Origin: Lama glama
Lineage: Eukaryota
Direction of reading: 5' to 3'
DNA length: 64,000 nucleotides
NCBI GenBank assembly: GCA_028534125.1
Contig: CM052816.1
Coordinates: 85,748,001-85,812,000 of the forward strand
Each line of letters opens with the position of its first letter. Positions within the stretch are counted from its first letter, which is position 1. Shown here one piece after another: positions 12,825-25,192 of the stretch. A program made the position numbers and the translations under genes. The notes under the pieces are model-generated. The model saw only the letters and a list, made by a program, of their open reading frames with translations, ran no database searches and was not told where the DNA came from.

Positions 12825-14530
12825 AGCGGAGTAGTGGCGTCAGCAAAATAGCAGCATAGGAATTTCTAGCGCTTGTCTCCTCAGAAACACCAATTTGAAC
12901 AACTGTGCATGAAAATACCTTTGCAGGAGCCAAGGATTCCAGGCGAGGGATCAGACGGCATCTGCCTGAAGCACAAAATAAGAAAAGATGCACTTTAGAG
13001 GGTAGGAGGGAGAGATTCACATCCCTCAGCATCCCTCCCCAAGCCAAGGCAGGCCGTTCCGGAGAGGGACACCCGCTCCCCGCGCGAGGTGGAGCGTGAA
13101 GTGAGCACCCAGGCCAGTCCAGCCAGCACCAGGCGACTGCGCGGTCCTAGATGACGCCCTGCGGGCTCCCACGATGACAGGCCAACCTGGCCCCAGGCAG
13201 CTCGCCTGCCACCTGGCTCCTGGAAGGCGCCCCCAAGCCCAGGCCGCCTCTCCCCCGCCCCCGCACCTGCCAGCTCCAGCGGCCCTAGGTGGCCCCAGGC
13301 AGCCTCTGTGACCCCAGGCTTCCAGGGGACCACGCACACCCAAGCCCCGACTCACCTCCGCGCCTCAGCTCCCGCCACCGACGGGGCTCCCAGGACGCCG
13401 GGTTCCCCCACGCACTCCCGCTGTTTCCGGATGCCCGCCCCCTCGACCCCTCCCCCAGCCAATCTCCCCTCCGCAACCAGCCTGGCTCCTGTGGCCCCGG
13501 GCTCCCGCGAACCCAGGCTCCAGGCCTACCTCGGTACCCCCGCCTTCCACGGCCGGGCGGCCCCTCACACCAGGCTCCCGGGACTTGCCAGCTCTGGACC
13601 TGCACGGCTGCCACAGCCCCCGGGAGGCTCCTGAGGCCTCAACCTGCAGCCCCTGCAAACCCAGGTTCCAGGTGAGCACCCGCCCACCCAGGCTCCCGAC
13701 CAGGCTAACCAGCTGCTGCGGACCCAGGCTTTCAACCCACCTCAGCACCGGGCCGCTCCCGGGGCCCCAGGGCCCCGCGGACGGAGACTCTGAGCGGTTC
13801 CCGCCAACTGGACTCTCGGCCGCCTCAGCCTCAGGCCCGCCCTGGCGGACCGGCCTCCCGGCTCGCTCTCGCATACCCAGGCTCAGGCCCAGGCAGGTGT
13901 ATGTAACATCCGGGCCAACCGTGAGGCCGCACGATACGGGCAACACCTCAGTTCCAGACTTGCCAAGCGCCAGGCTAGCCCCGCTGCCCGCTGCGGCCCC
14001 AGCCTCCAAGGCGGCTCCTGCAAAACCAGGTTCCCGGCCTGGCCTGGTAGGGACCTATTGGCGCCGGGGATCCAGATACTAGGCCCACCCCATTGGTCCT
14101 GGCACCTGCTTGGCCCCTGTGGACCTAGCATCCAGGACTGCCCACGACATGCTGCTGCTCAAGGTAAGTTATAGACAAATCCAGACTACACTTATACTGT
14201 AATATGGTGTTGTGTTAGACACAACTCTAAAAGTTTCGAGGACGAAAGTACGGAAAACAACTATAGCCAGCCACAGTAATGTGTTAATGATACACAATAT
14301 GCACATAGATAAAAATATAAAATAGAAATTATGACCAACAAAATAAAGTATGGGGAAAGGAAATAAAAGCATAGAATTTTGGTATGTGATAGAAGTTAAA
14401 TTATCAGGTTAAAATAGACTTTTATAGCTATAAAATGATTCATATAAGCCTCATGATAACTGCAATGCAGAAACCTGCAGTAGATACACAAAAGGGTAAA
14501 GAGAAAGGAATAAAAGCATACCACCATGGA
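12825..14530 (+). mobile_element. L1M3-like element: 5' UTR (12825-14160) fused to the ORF1 end/inter-ORF spacer (14161-14530), with ORF1 deleted
   Basis: Start GTGGCGTCAGCAAAATAGCAGCATAGGAA...AAAATACCTTT...AAAGATGCAC..GGGTAGG resembles the recalled L1M3 5' end, followed by many CCAGGCTCC(AGG) subrepeats. From 14161 aaggtaagttatagacaaatccaga...agcctcatgataac...gtagatacacaaaag...aaagcataccac matches the L1 spacer. Confidence 0.75.
13020..14160. promoter_or_regulatory. CpG island / candidate promoter
   Basis: About 70% GC and about 75-80 CpG in ~1.1 kb by hand count; the only such region in the window. GC box at ~13252, CCAAT at 13459, ATTGG at 14057 and 14092. Confidence 0.7.
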
Positions 14531-15836
14531 CATTTCTGTAGCCACTTGTAACTTTGCAGAACTAAAAAAGGCATTTTAATGTTTGTAGAATCATTGTTTA
14601 TAACAATAAATCACTGAGAATAGGAAAATAGTAACTAAATTCTATCAGTAATGCAATGCCACAATTAAGGTTAATAATCTTGACATAAATCTATATTGGT
14701 ATTGATGTGAGGAACTTAATTTTGAGTGGTAAAAGCATACTGCATAATTATATGTTTTGTATATCACATATAGAAATATAAAAATCACATAATACCAAAT
14801 TATGTTTTAAATTTTATATACGTACATTATATACAAAGGTAAAACATTCATTTGAAAGCAAAACTAGTTTATTATAATAGACTACTTTAATAGAAGAAAG
14901 AAAGGAAAGTAATTGGGACAAGGTGAAATTGGGCTTAATTTCTTCTGTAAAGTTACATTTTCTATATAGAAAGTATAATCAACTCAAATAAGAAAAACCT
15001 GAAAAGATTATGACTTTCATTTGTGGGTACTTAGGTGATTGTTGTTTATTTCTACAGCCCAGAGGTTAGTCTGAGGAGATTTACATACTAGTTCTTGTTC
15101 CATCAATGCAAAGTTTATGGAGAGGGAAAGTACTTAAACTCTGTGGTAATTTTTTTCCTGTGTAAAAGGAAGGACTTGACTTATATAATAATACCCTTTT
15201 GTATTATATCTATTTCTTTTTATTTCTACTGCAAACATAAGTCCAAGAGGTATGAGACCCACCAACTGAATGTATAAAATCCCACTAAATCTCATGTTTA
15301 TTACACAGCTCTGTTTTTTGTTATTCACATAGCCAGCAACTATACATTTAAAACTGTATTTTAAATTAGGTTGTAGCACCAAGTGGAGAAAATCAGTGAA
15401 TATTGTTTTAGTGCAAAAACACATCCATATTTGAATATGCAACAAATAATCAATCATATCATTCTCTCACATCTGCAAAAATTTTCTCTCATAGTGCCTC
15501 CTCCTAGTCTAAGACTTTATGTCATTTAGAGCAAACAAAATATAAAATGACAGTTTAAATTTATATGCTACGTAAATGTATTATGGTCTCAGCTTTATAT
15601 TTTGCTATGTATGGCATCTCTACTGAGTTTGAGAAAGTAAAAAGAACACTGTAGATTCTCTTTCTCTGGGGAAAGATTTATATAACCTATTGTGAACTCA
15701 AGCTGATTTAATATATAATATACTAATACACAGAGACAAAAAATCTTTAGTTTGCTCAAGAGTACGAAACTTTTTTTTTCTTAAAATATAGAGACATTCA
15801 TCAAAACTAAGACTGTAAGATAATTTTATTATTTTG

Positions 15837-16242
15837 TGTGATGTTTAAATTGATGTGTCAACTTGGCTGGGTTGTGAAGCCCAGATGTTGACCAAACATG
15901 AATCTAGATATTTCTGTGAGAGTGTTTTGGGATCAGATAAACATTTGAATGAGTGCACTATGAGTAAAGTAGATTCCTTACCATAATGTGGGCGGGCCTC
16001 ATTCAATCAGATGAAGGCTTAAATTGAACAAAAGCTGACCTCCCGCTAGCAAGAGGGAATTCTGCAGTAGACAGTCTTCAGACTTGAACTACAGCATTCT
16101 GTGTCTCCATCCTGGCAGCCCACCCTGCAGATTTTGGATGTGCTAACATCCATAATCACAGAAGCCAATTCCTTAAAATAAATTTCTTTCTGTATATACA
16201 AATCCTTTTGGTTCTATTTCTCTTGGAGAAGCTTGACTTACA
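15837..16242 (+). mobile_element. MLT2-type (ERVL) solo LTR
   Basis: TGTGATG..TGTCAACTTGGCTGG...CCATAATGTGGGCGGGCCTCATTCAATCAG...GCCAATTCCTTAAAATAAAT...GACTTACA. Confidence 0.9.
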
Positions 16243-17229
16243 GACCTAATCTAAAAGTTTTCTTTTTTAAAGTATTGCTACATAATGATGCAAACTGTGA
16301 CCCATTGATTTATAAAGAAATTTCTTACAAAGCATTAATATTCTTATATTATTGCCAACAAAATTTTCTACCTTGACCTTCTCCATCAGTCATGTGCAGT
16401 AGTCCCTTTTGTCTCTTCCTCTGAGTTCCTATAATTGATTCCAGAATGTGAGCAAGGAAGCAACTCTTACAACATCAGGTTGCCTAGCATAACTGGAGAG
16501 ACCCTAACATGAGCATGCCAGCCCCTTGCACAGACTGGTGTCAGACATTAGCAGGAAAGTCTGGATGTTTGTGCTTCTCATCGTGCAACCTTTGCTCCAG
16601 TCGGAAAAGAGTAGAGAGCATAGAGCCTAATGTTATATAACCAAAGTGCTTCCACGCTCAGAGTTTTTTTATATTTGCCAAAATTTGAAGTATAGCTTAG
16701 CTTTTGCAGAAATAACTGTGGTCATGAGTGTAGCCTGTGAAGAAATGACCATCTTTATAGAGGCAAAGCTACTCAGAGTAATTATGCTACCCTGACATTT
16801 TAGGCTCTGTGTCTAAAGATGTAAAATATCACAGCTAGAGTGTAATCATTCCCCTTCCCTTTTTCCTTTCTTCCTCCCTTCCTTGCTTTGAATGTATTCA
16901 TTATTTATTTATTTCTAACTATATAATTCATATATGATGCATGAATTCATACATGTACCCATTTAAAATATTTACAGATATTTACATGTGTCTACAGATA
17001 CACGTGTGCTTATTTCTCTAGCGCAGAGCCATACAATTGGAATATGTTGGTTGAAAGAAATATAATAGACACTCTTTATTCCTTTCCAAAGAGGCTTTAC
17101 CAGTTTACATTCATATCAGCAATGTGTGGAATGCCTATTTTTCTCATACTCTGATGAGCATTAGATTTTAACAACTACTTAAATGTGCTCAACTCGTGAG
17201 TAAACTTTGCTGCCACATGCCTTGTGGTT

Positions 17230-17450
17230 TTATTATTTATTTATTTATTTTTATTGAAGTACAGTCAGTTACAATGTGTCAATTTCTGTTGCACAACACA
17301 ATGTCCCAGTCATGCATATATATAAATATATTTGTTTTCATATTCTTTTTCATTAAAGGTTATTACAAGACATTGAATATAGTTGCCTTCCCTGTGCTAT
17401 ACAGAAGAAATTTGCTTTTTATCTATTTTTATATATAGTGGTTAACCTTT
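17230..17450 (-). mobile_element. Camelid-type L1 3' end
   Basis: (TATT)n tail then ttattgaagtacagtcagttacaatgtgtcaatttct...ccctgtgctatacag. Confidence 0.85.
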
Positions 17451-17649
17451 CAAATATGCTTTAGATTCCATTTCCCTAGATAATACAGCATTTCCCACTG
17501 ATTTGGAAAGGCAACTGAATTAAATTGGAAAAGACACTAGCCTTACCACTATGCTAGGTGTTATTCTTTTGACAAGTAGCATATGTCCCTTTCAACTGTC
17601 ATTTTCTCTATCCATATCTATGATTTTATAATCCTAATAAATTATAATA

Positions 17650-18560
17650 AAAGAGTCAGACAATGAATATGCAGTATGTCAGAGAGTGATAAGGCCTCGG
17701 AGAAAAGGTATAGCAGAAGTGGAGTAAGTTTTGATAGGAAGTGTGGGATGCTGAGTGGGTAGTGCTCTATTATAAAGGATCCTTGTTGAAGGCCTTCATG
17801 ATAAGATGAGCTTTCAGGAAAGACTTGAAGGAAGTGAAAGTGATCCAGATGCAGAATCATTTAGGCATTAAGTGGAAGGGGTTCCGGTTTGAATTTAGAA
17901 TATGTGCAGAGGTCCTTAGGTAAGAAATTGCTTGATGCATTTGAGTAACAGAAGAAATAAAGAAGGGTTAACGAAGTCAGAGTAAATCTTCAGTGTATAG
18001 AGGGAAATGGGATATGATGAAAAAAATTCTTTGTTTTTTCTTTGTTTTTAAAATAAATAAGAGTACATCATGTTTGCTGATGGAATGATCTAATAGAATC
18101 AGGGTAGAGAGAGAATTTATGGAAGGGAGGGACGTTTTCTGGGGGCATTGCTTTCCAAATGGTGAAAAGGCATCCCTTTTCTGAGTGTGAAAATGGACAA
18201 GCTCACCTTAGCATAGAGCACAGATAGTCTCTCTGTGTTGCAGGAGAGAATGCTGAATCTGACCGCTGTTATGAATACGTGCAGTAGTGCATACAGCCAT
18301 TCTCTTTCGAATGATTCTATGGTCTCAGTAAAAAGGGAAGCAAAGGCTCCAGCTAACAGTAAGGAGGGGAGAGTGTTGGAGATTTAAAGCAAGATGTAGG
18401 GAATAGAAGAATTATTTAGGATCATGAATAAATTAGTGGGCAAAGAAAATGTAGTATATTACCACTGAAGGACAGTGAGTTAGTGGCCAATAATTTAAAA
18501 TAAGATTTTACTATGTATATTTATGTGTTTTTCTCCAGCCAGGGTCCAAGAAGAAGGAGG
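17650..18560 (-). mobile_element. L2 LINE fragments
   Basis: Antisense L2 phrases (aggccttcatgataagatgagc..aagacttgaaggaagtga, tgtgcagaggtccttagg). Confidence 0.6.
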
Positions 18561-19843
18561 AAAGGAGATGGTTAATGAAAGCTTTTTGCTTAATTGTTCT
18601 GAGTCTAACTCTTTTTAATAAGATTTGAGCATTTGAAATAGACACCTTAAACATTATCTTCCTCTGTTCCTTCTACATCCTCCCCCTGATTACACTGTAT
18701 TTTCTATGAATTTTTTAAGCATTCCCTTTCAAAAGCAGTCTCTTCCCTGCCCCTTTCAATTTGCCAAATCTGTGCTTTTTCTGACATTTGTTTGTACTTC
18801 TACATGACAATTCTTAAATGGAACCTTTGTTATTATCTCAAAATCTGTTGGCTCTAAAACTAGAGTTTTGCAAAAATCTTATGACACATATATACAAGAA
18901 CCAGACATCATTCTTGGACATGTTCCCATGTGTAGTGAGTTTAAATTTCATTCTCAAGGGTAAACAATATCACATTACTTCAAATTTTTAAATTAGATGA
19001 AACTGTTCTGCACTCCCACCCACTTAAATGACTGGAAAATGAAATCATATATTGACAAGGTTACCCCATCTACTGTCTCAAAACTCCTGGAGGTTGGTGT
19101 CAAGGAAAATGGTGGGGATTACACTTCATTGTGATTCATTCTGTTGTGAATCATCTGCTCCCTCTGCTGAAGACACGAGTGTCAAGCAACGATTGTCTAG
19201 CATTGCTCTGAGCAAACTCAGAGATGACTTTCAAACTGAGCTGTTCAATTTCATGTAGACATCTTCGGTGGTCCCCCTGCAGCTACCAAACTATCCCCAT
19301 CCTTTGAAAACCTCACCTGCACTTCACAAGTAGAGGTTTGGCCACAGGTAGGATGTTAAGTATTATGTTTCATGAACTTTATTCATTTAGAGGGTTCTCC
19401 AAAATAAATAAGAAAATAAATCTGATGTTATACAGTCTTAAAAACTGCTAAATGCCACAATGATGAATTGAGTACTAGCCTAATTTTTATATTTCACTAC
19501 TCAATATTATTATTCTTTTAATAATGCTTGTCAGCAAGTTCTTTGATAGCCAATTCATATACAAACAAAAGTTTATTTTCTCGAGACAGAATAGAATATT
19601 ACTTGATATGTGCTACTAGAAGGATTGATGACTTTCTTGTCTTTGTTATGGCTAGTTTGTTTTTTTCCCCCAGCATTTTGTTTCATTATTGGGGTTATGT
19701 TAAGATGATATCCTATAGCTTGGAATATACAGAACATACTACTTCACAGACATAGCTACTAACATTTTATGATAATGATACAGTGTTGTGCTCTGCAGAC
19801 ACAGGGATTATTATTTTAGTCAAACAATTCATATTGTGCAAGA

Positions 19844-19880
19844 ATGTGTGTGTGTGTGTGTGTGCATATATATATATATG
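19844..19880. repeat. (TG)n(TA)n microsatellite
   Basis: Directly visible. Confidence 0.9.
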
Positions 19881-19992
19881 TCTTGAACCATTAAGTATAT
19901 TCTTGGCAAGGGAAATAATCTATTTTGACAGGGCAAAAAAATGAAAATCAAATGTTACTTTAAATTTTGTACATCTAAAAAGTTTTCCACAG

Positions 19993-20166
19993 GCCTCTTT
20001 TTCCTGCTCCCTCCTCTTCTGAGATGGCCCGCACTCTGTGTATGGAGTATGTACCTACTTTTACTTTAACCTGAGCACCCAACCCCCACACCTCTTTCCT
20101 TGCTTGCTCTTGCCTTACACTCTATACAGTGTGTATCTCTCTAAATAAATCTACCTTTTCTCGAAA
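19993..20166 (+). mobile_element. Short ERV-LTR (R region) retrocopy with an L1-type TSD
   Basis: Flanked by aaaaagttttccacag (19977-19992) and agaaagtttcccacag (20167-20182). AATAAA at 20144 with A's starting 14 nt after it. Resembles the R region of the LTR at 529-1112. Confidence 0.65.
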
Positions 20167-21329
20167 AGAAAGTTTCCCACAGACTAAATTCAATTCTGAA
20201 CACTTAAAACCTTGTTTTTTCTTCTACTACCCACATTGGTTCAATGCTTAGTGCCATAGGAAACATAATTGTGATATGATCTTGAGGGAGGCTGTATCCT
20301 TTCACAATTTTAGGTGTGCTTTAAAAATGGATTTTAGAATTCCACCAGGCTAATACTTTAGCAGAAGTTAAATAAAGTGTAACTATAAATGGAGATGATT
20401 GTGATCCACGTAAATATATTTCATTAAATTATAATAAATGCTTTTTCAACTTAGCCTCCCCTTCATCAGTTACAAAAAATGTGGATGCCAAATTCTGCTG
20501 CCAGACACAATGGAAAGAATGATGGAGGGGAGTCATAGTTGAAAGAGGTAAAGGTTTTAAGCAAATATAATTATTATACCTTTGTTCTTTTAAAAGCAAT
20601 AACAATAACAATAAAATTTTGAAGAACCTAAAATTCTAGATTCTCTAAGATCAATTTAAAAATCTCCTTGCTAAGCTTTTTTTCTGCACAAATTTTTTTC
20701 TGGCTGAACTGATCTAATTTCATCTTTTTAAAGTTCCATTCCTTCGTGTTGTCTCCCTGTTCTATAATTTCATCACCTACACCTATCCAAATAATTTCCA
20801 TTTTACCAAAAAGTATTTTTTGACACTAAACAGAACCACACTGGGAGATAATTTTCTCTTTTACATATTATTTTCTATCATTCATTATTCAATAATTACT
20901 TTTTTTAATATTTTATTTCTCCTGAGTCCTTGTTTTAATGCTGTCTCTTTTATAAACACTGGCAGTGCAAGAGCCACCTTTCTTAGTACTATCTCACCAT
21001 CTCACCCTTAAAGATACAAAGTTCTTACTAGTAGTCCCTTCATAAAAGCTATTTCATAGTAAGTATGTAATAAACAGTAGTTGATGGTTAACTAAATCAT
21101 TTTATCTTTTCACCTTTCACATATTTATTGGTTTTAATTAAAGCCTATATTTATGTTCTTGTTTTTGTTCTTAAACTATCAAGATGACAAATATAATGCA
21201 ATAGATGCATAAGGAAAAATAGAAGATGGACACTGAAAAATATTTGAGATACAAAATAGTATAGATAAAAGAAGAAAACAGCGTTCTTACTTGTTTTTAT
21301 TTTTGTTGTCAACAATACTAGGTTTACTT

Positions 21330-21480
21330 TTACCACCATCACTTCTCTAGCAGTATTACATACAGCATATGCATTAACTTACCTGTAAGCAGGTAGTCAA
21401 CATCTCTAAGTTTTTATGAACATGTACATGGAAATAAGAATATGTATTTCATAGGGTTGTATTGAGAATTGAGAAGATGC
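21330..21480 (+). mobile_element. MIR SINE fragment
   Basis: tttcatagggttgtattgagaattga matches the MIR 3' part. Confidence 0.5.
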
Positions 21481-22034
21481 TCAGTTTCCACATTCCAACA
21501 CAACTTTTCACTGAAAGTTATTCCCATTTTTCTTCAAGTTTTTTGTGAAAGTCATATGCCATTGTCATTTTACACAGGACGATTAGATACTATCTCCATT
21601 AGAGACATAAAAGGGATGCAGAAATTTTCATACCAGGGCTGCCGAAAGTTGTTAAAACACATATACCTAAGATCCACATGCAATTCACTAATGCCCCATT
21701 TTATTCCATTCATGAATGGCATGGAAACTAGAGTGAAAAGATACCTACTCTGGAAGATGTTAAGAAAGTTTATGAGCCAATAAAGTCCTAAGAAGTAGAT
21801 TGGCCAAATATTTTTATCTCAGAGTAATGTCTCATTCTTTGGGATTTTAAATTGGGCATTAACATATTAGCACAAATAAGACTAATTAAAAACTAAGTAA
21901 CTAGATAGATGGTAGTGGGTAGTGGGGGAGAGATGTGTCCTCCTTATTACAAGACAATTGAGAAAAATAAAAACTCCATATTTGATGCATATGGTTTGAA
22001 AGTGTAATTCTGGAAATAAACTTGAAGCTTAAAA

Positions 22035-24459
22035 CAGGCATACCTAGGCTGTTGCCAGCTTGGTTAAAAACCACCACAATAAAGTGAATATCCCAAAAAA
22101 GGGAGATGAAAAAAAAATGTTTAGTTTCCCAGTGCATATAAAAGTTATGTTTCTACTATATACCTGTTAAGTATGCAGTAGCATTATATCTGAAAACAAA
22201 CAAACAAAAAACAAACAAAAAATGCACATACCTTAATTAAAATGATTTTTTTGCTAAAAATGCTATCATCTGAGCCATCAGTGAATTATAATATTTTTGT
22301 TGGTGGAGGGTCTTGCCTCAGTGTGATGGCCGCTGACTGATGAGGGCGGTGGTTGCTGAAAGTTGGAATGGCTATGGCAATTTCTCAATATTAAACAAAT
22401 GAAGTTTGTTGCATTAATTGACTCTTCCTTTCACAGAGTTTTCTCTGTAGTATGGCGATGCTATTTAATAGCATTTAACCCCCAGGAGAACTTCTTTCAA
22501 AGTTGCTGTCAGTCCTGTCAAACCCTGCTACTGGTTTGTCAGCTAAGTTTGTGTAATATTCTAAATCCTTTTTGTCATTTCAATAAACTTCACAGGATTT
22601 TCACCAGGACTAGATTCTGTCTCAAGAAATCACTTTTTTTGCTCGTTCGTAAGAAGTAACTACTCATCTGTAAAGTTATATCATGAGATTACAGCAATTC
22701 AGTCACATCTTCAGGCTCCACTTCTAATTCTAGTTTTCTTGATATTTCTACCACATCTGCAGTTACTTTCTCCACTAAAATCCTGAACCCCTCAAAGTCA
22801 TCCGTGAGGGTTGGACTCAACTTCTTCCAAACTCCTGCTAGTGTTTATATTTTGACCCTTTCCCATGAATCACAAATGTTCTTAATGGCATCTGGAATGG
22901 TGAATCATTTTCAGAAGGTTTTCAATCCACTTTGCCTGGATCATTTAGAGAAATCACTATCTATGGTAGCTATAGCCTTAATAAATGTTTTTCTTAAATA
23001 ATAAAACTTAACAGTCAAACCTACTCTTTGATCTATTGGCTACAGAATGGATGTTGTGTTAACAGCATGAAAACAACGTGAGTCTGATTGTACATCTCCA
23101 TCAGAGCTCTTAGCTGACCAGGTGCATCATCAATGAGCCATAGTATATTGAAAGGAATCTTTATTTTTCCAAGCAGTAGATCTCAATAGTGGGCTTAAAA
23201 TATTCAGCAAACTATGTTGTAAACAGATATGCTGTCATCCAGGTTTTGTTGTTCCATTTACAGAGCACAAGCAGAGTAGATTCAGCATAATTTTTAAGGG
23301 CCCTATGCTTTTCAAAATGATAAATGAACAATAACTTCAACTTAACCAGCTGCATTAGCCCCTAACAAGAATCAGCCTGTCCTTTGAAGCTTTGAAGCTA
23401 GGCATTGACTTCTCCTCTCCAGCTATCAAAGTCCTATCTGTTTCATCTACATCAAAAATCTATTGTTTAGTGTAGCTACCTTCATTAATTATTTTAGCTA
23501 GATCTTCTGGATAACTTTCTGTGGTTTCCACATCAGCACTTGCTGCTTCCCTTTGCACTTTTGTGTAATGAAGACTGCTTCTTTTCTTAAGCTTTGTGAA
23601 TCAATGTCTGCTAGCTTCAAACTTTTCTTCTGAAGTTTCTTCACCCCTTTCAGCCTTCAGAGAATTGAAGAGAGTTATGACTATGGTTCTGGATTGGGCT
23701 TTGGCTTAAGGAAATACCGTGGCTGGTTTGATCTTCCATGTAGAGCACTAAAACATTCTCCATATCAGCAGTGTGTTTCACTTTCTTATCATTCATGTGT
23801 TCACTGGAGTAGCACTTTTAATTTCCTTAAAGAACTTTTTCGTTTCATTCACAACTAGGCTAAGTGTTTGGCACAAGAGACATAGCTTTCAGCCTATCTC
23901 GGCTTTTGACATGCCTTCTTCACTAGGCTTAATCATCTCTAAATTTGATTTAAAATGAGAGATGTGTGACTCTTCCTTTCACTTGAACACTTAGAGTCCA
24001 TTATAGGATTATTAATTGGCCTAATTTCAATATTTTTATGTCTCAGGGAATAGGAGAGGAGGGGCAGAGAGAGAGAGACAGAGAGAGCTGGAGAGAGGTA
24101 GAGAGACATGGAGAGAGAGATGGAAAAAGGGCCAGTAGGCGGAGTAGTCAGAACACACGTTTATCAATTAAGTTCACCATCTTATAAGGGTGTAATTTGT
24201 GGTGTCCCAAAACAATTAGGATAGTACTTTAAAGATTGCTGGTTACAGATCACCAGAATAAATATAATAATAATGAAAAAGTTTTCAACATTGTGAGAAT
24301 TACCAAAAGGTGACACAAGAGACATTAAGCGAGCCAATGCTGTTGGATAAATAGCACTGAAGTCTTGCTCAATACAGTTGTCATAAACCTTCACTTTGTA
24401 AAACTTTCAGTATCTGTGAAGTGCGATAAAGCAAAGCACAATGAAACAAGGTAGACCTG
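22035..24459 (-). mobile_element. Full-length Tigger1 (TcMar/pogo) DNA transposon with a dead transposase
   Basis: TIRs CAGGCATACCT (22035) and AGGTAGACCTG (to 24459) followed by TA; 2425 bp. The minus-strand ATG at 24001 reads MDSKCSSERKSHTSLILNQI then stops. Confidence 0.93.
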
Positions 24460-24829
24460 TAGTTATGAGACTTAGTATGTGACCTACCACCCCAACTTCT
24501 GTCTGTCTCTAAAACTACATGTTTCTCATATCTCAGATCTTATCTTGGTAGGTGTTTCCCTAGTAAATCAATTTATCTTCATTTTCTTTTTCCCTATTTG
24601 GAATTAAGTATTTTTCTATGTGGAGTTCTGACATGCTGTTATATCATTTTTATGTTCTACTTTATATTACAACTTAGACATTATTTTTCTCTACTTACAG
24701 CCAATAGAGCATGTTATGGTGGAACATGCTTTTGGTTGTGCCCTCAGCAGTTTGTGTTAAAAACTTGCAATTAAAAAAAACAAAAAAATACCTCAAAAGC
24801 CAAAAAAAAAAAAAACAACACCTTTGTTA

Positions 24830-24985
24830 TCACCAGTACCTAATTTTATTACTTTGAAAGATTACTGAACTCTCTAAATCTCAGTTCCTTCATTTGCAAA
24901 GGGTTGAGAGTAATTCTAACTGCATGCACCTGGTGTAGATATATGTTAAAAGTCATGTAAAGGCCTTGGTGCATATAAGTTTTTA
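24830..24985 (+). mobile_element. MIR SINE
   Basis: ttactgaactctctaaatctcagttccttcatttgcaaagggttga is the MIR core. Confidence 0.6.
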
Positions 24986-25101
24986 AACAAAGGTTGTGTA
25001 TCTTTCCCTTTTCTCCCCATCACTAACTATAAAAATAAATTCCTCTTTCATGGCATTAAATATAATGTTCTTTGTATAGTAAAGATTCAACAGATGTTTT
25101 C

Positions 25102-25192
25102 TTTTTTCCTCCCTTAACAGAGGCACTGGGGATTGAACCCAGGACCTCATGCACCACAAGCACACACTCTACCTTGAGCCATAGCCCCACCC
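25102..25192 (-). mobile_element. vic-1-like tRNA-derived camelid SINE
   Basis: Reverse complement GGGTGGGGCTATGGCTCAAGGTAGAGTG...GAGGTCCTGGGTTCAATCCCCAGTGCCTC has A and B boxes. 15-bp TSD tcaacagat(g/a)ttttc at 25087-25101 and 25193-25207. Confidence 0.88.

Noticed and set aside
13190..14040. Recurrent CCAGGCTCC motif suggesting a CRISPR-like or novel array
   Set aside because: Degenerate and irregularly spaced; explained by the internal subrepeats of L1M3-type 5' UTRs in a mammalian context.
12736..14131. Many overlapping 100-214 aa ORFs on both strands
   Set aside because: Expected in ~70% GC sequence with few stops; Pro/Gly/Ala/Arg-rich, derived from L1 5' UTR subrepeats, with no recognisable domain.
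25102..25192. tRNA-like sequence with A and B boxes
   Set aside because: It has a TSD and a tail and a degenerate cloverleaf, so it is a SINE rather than a tRNA gene.
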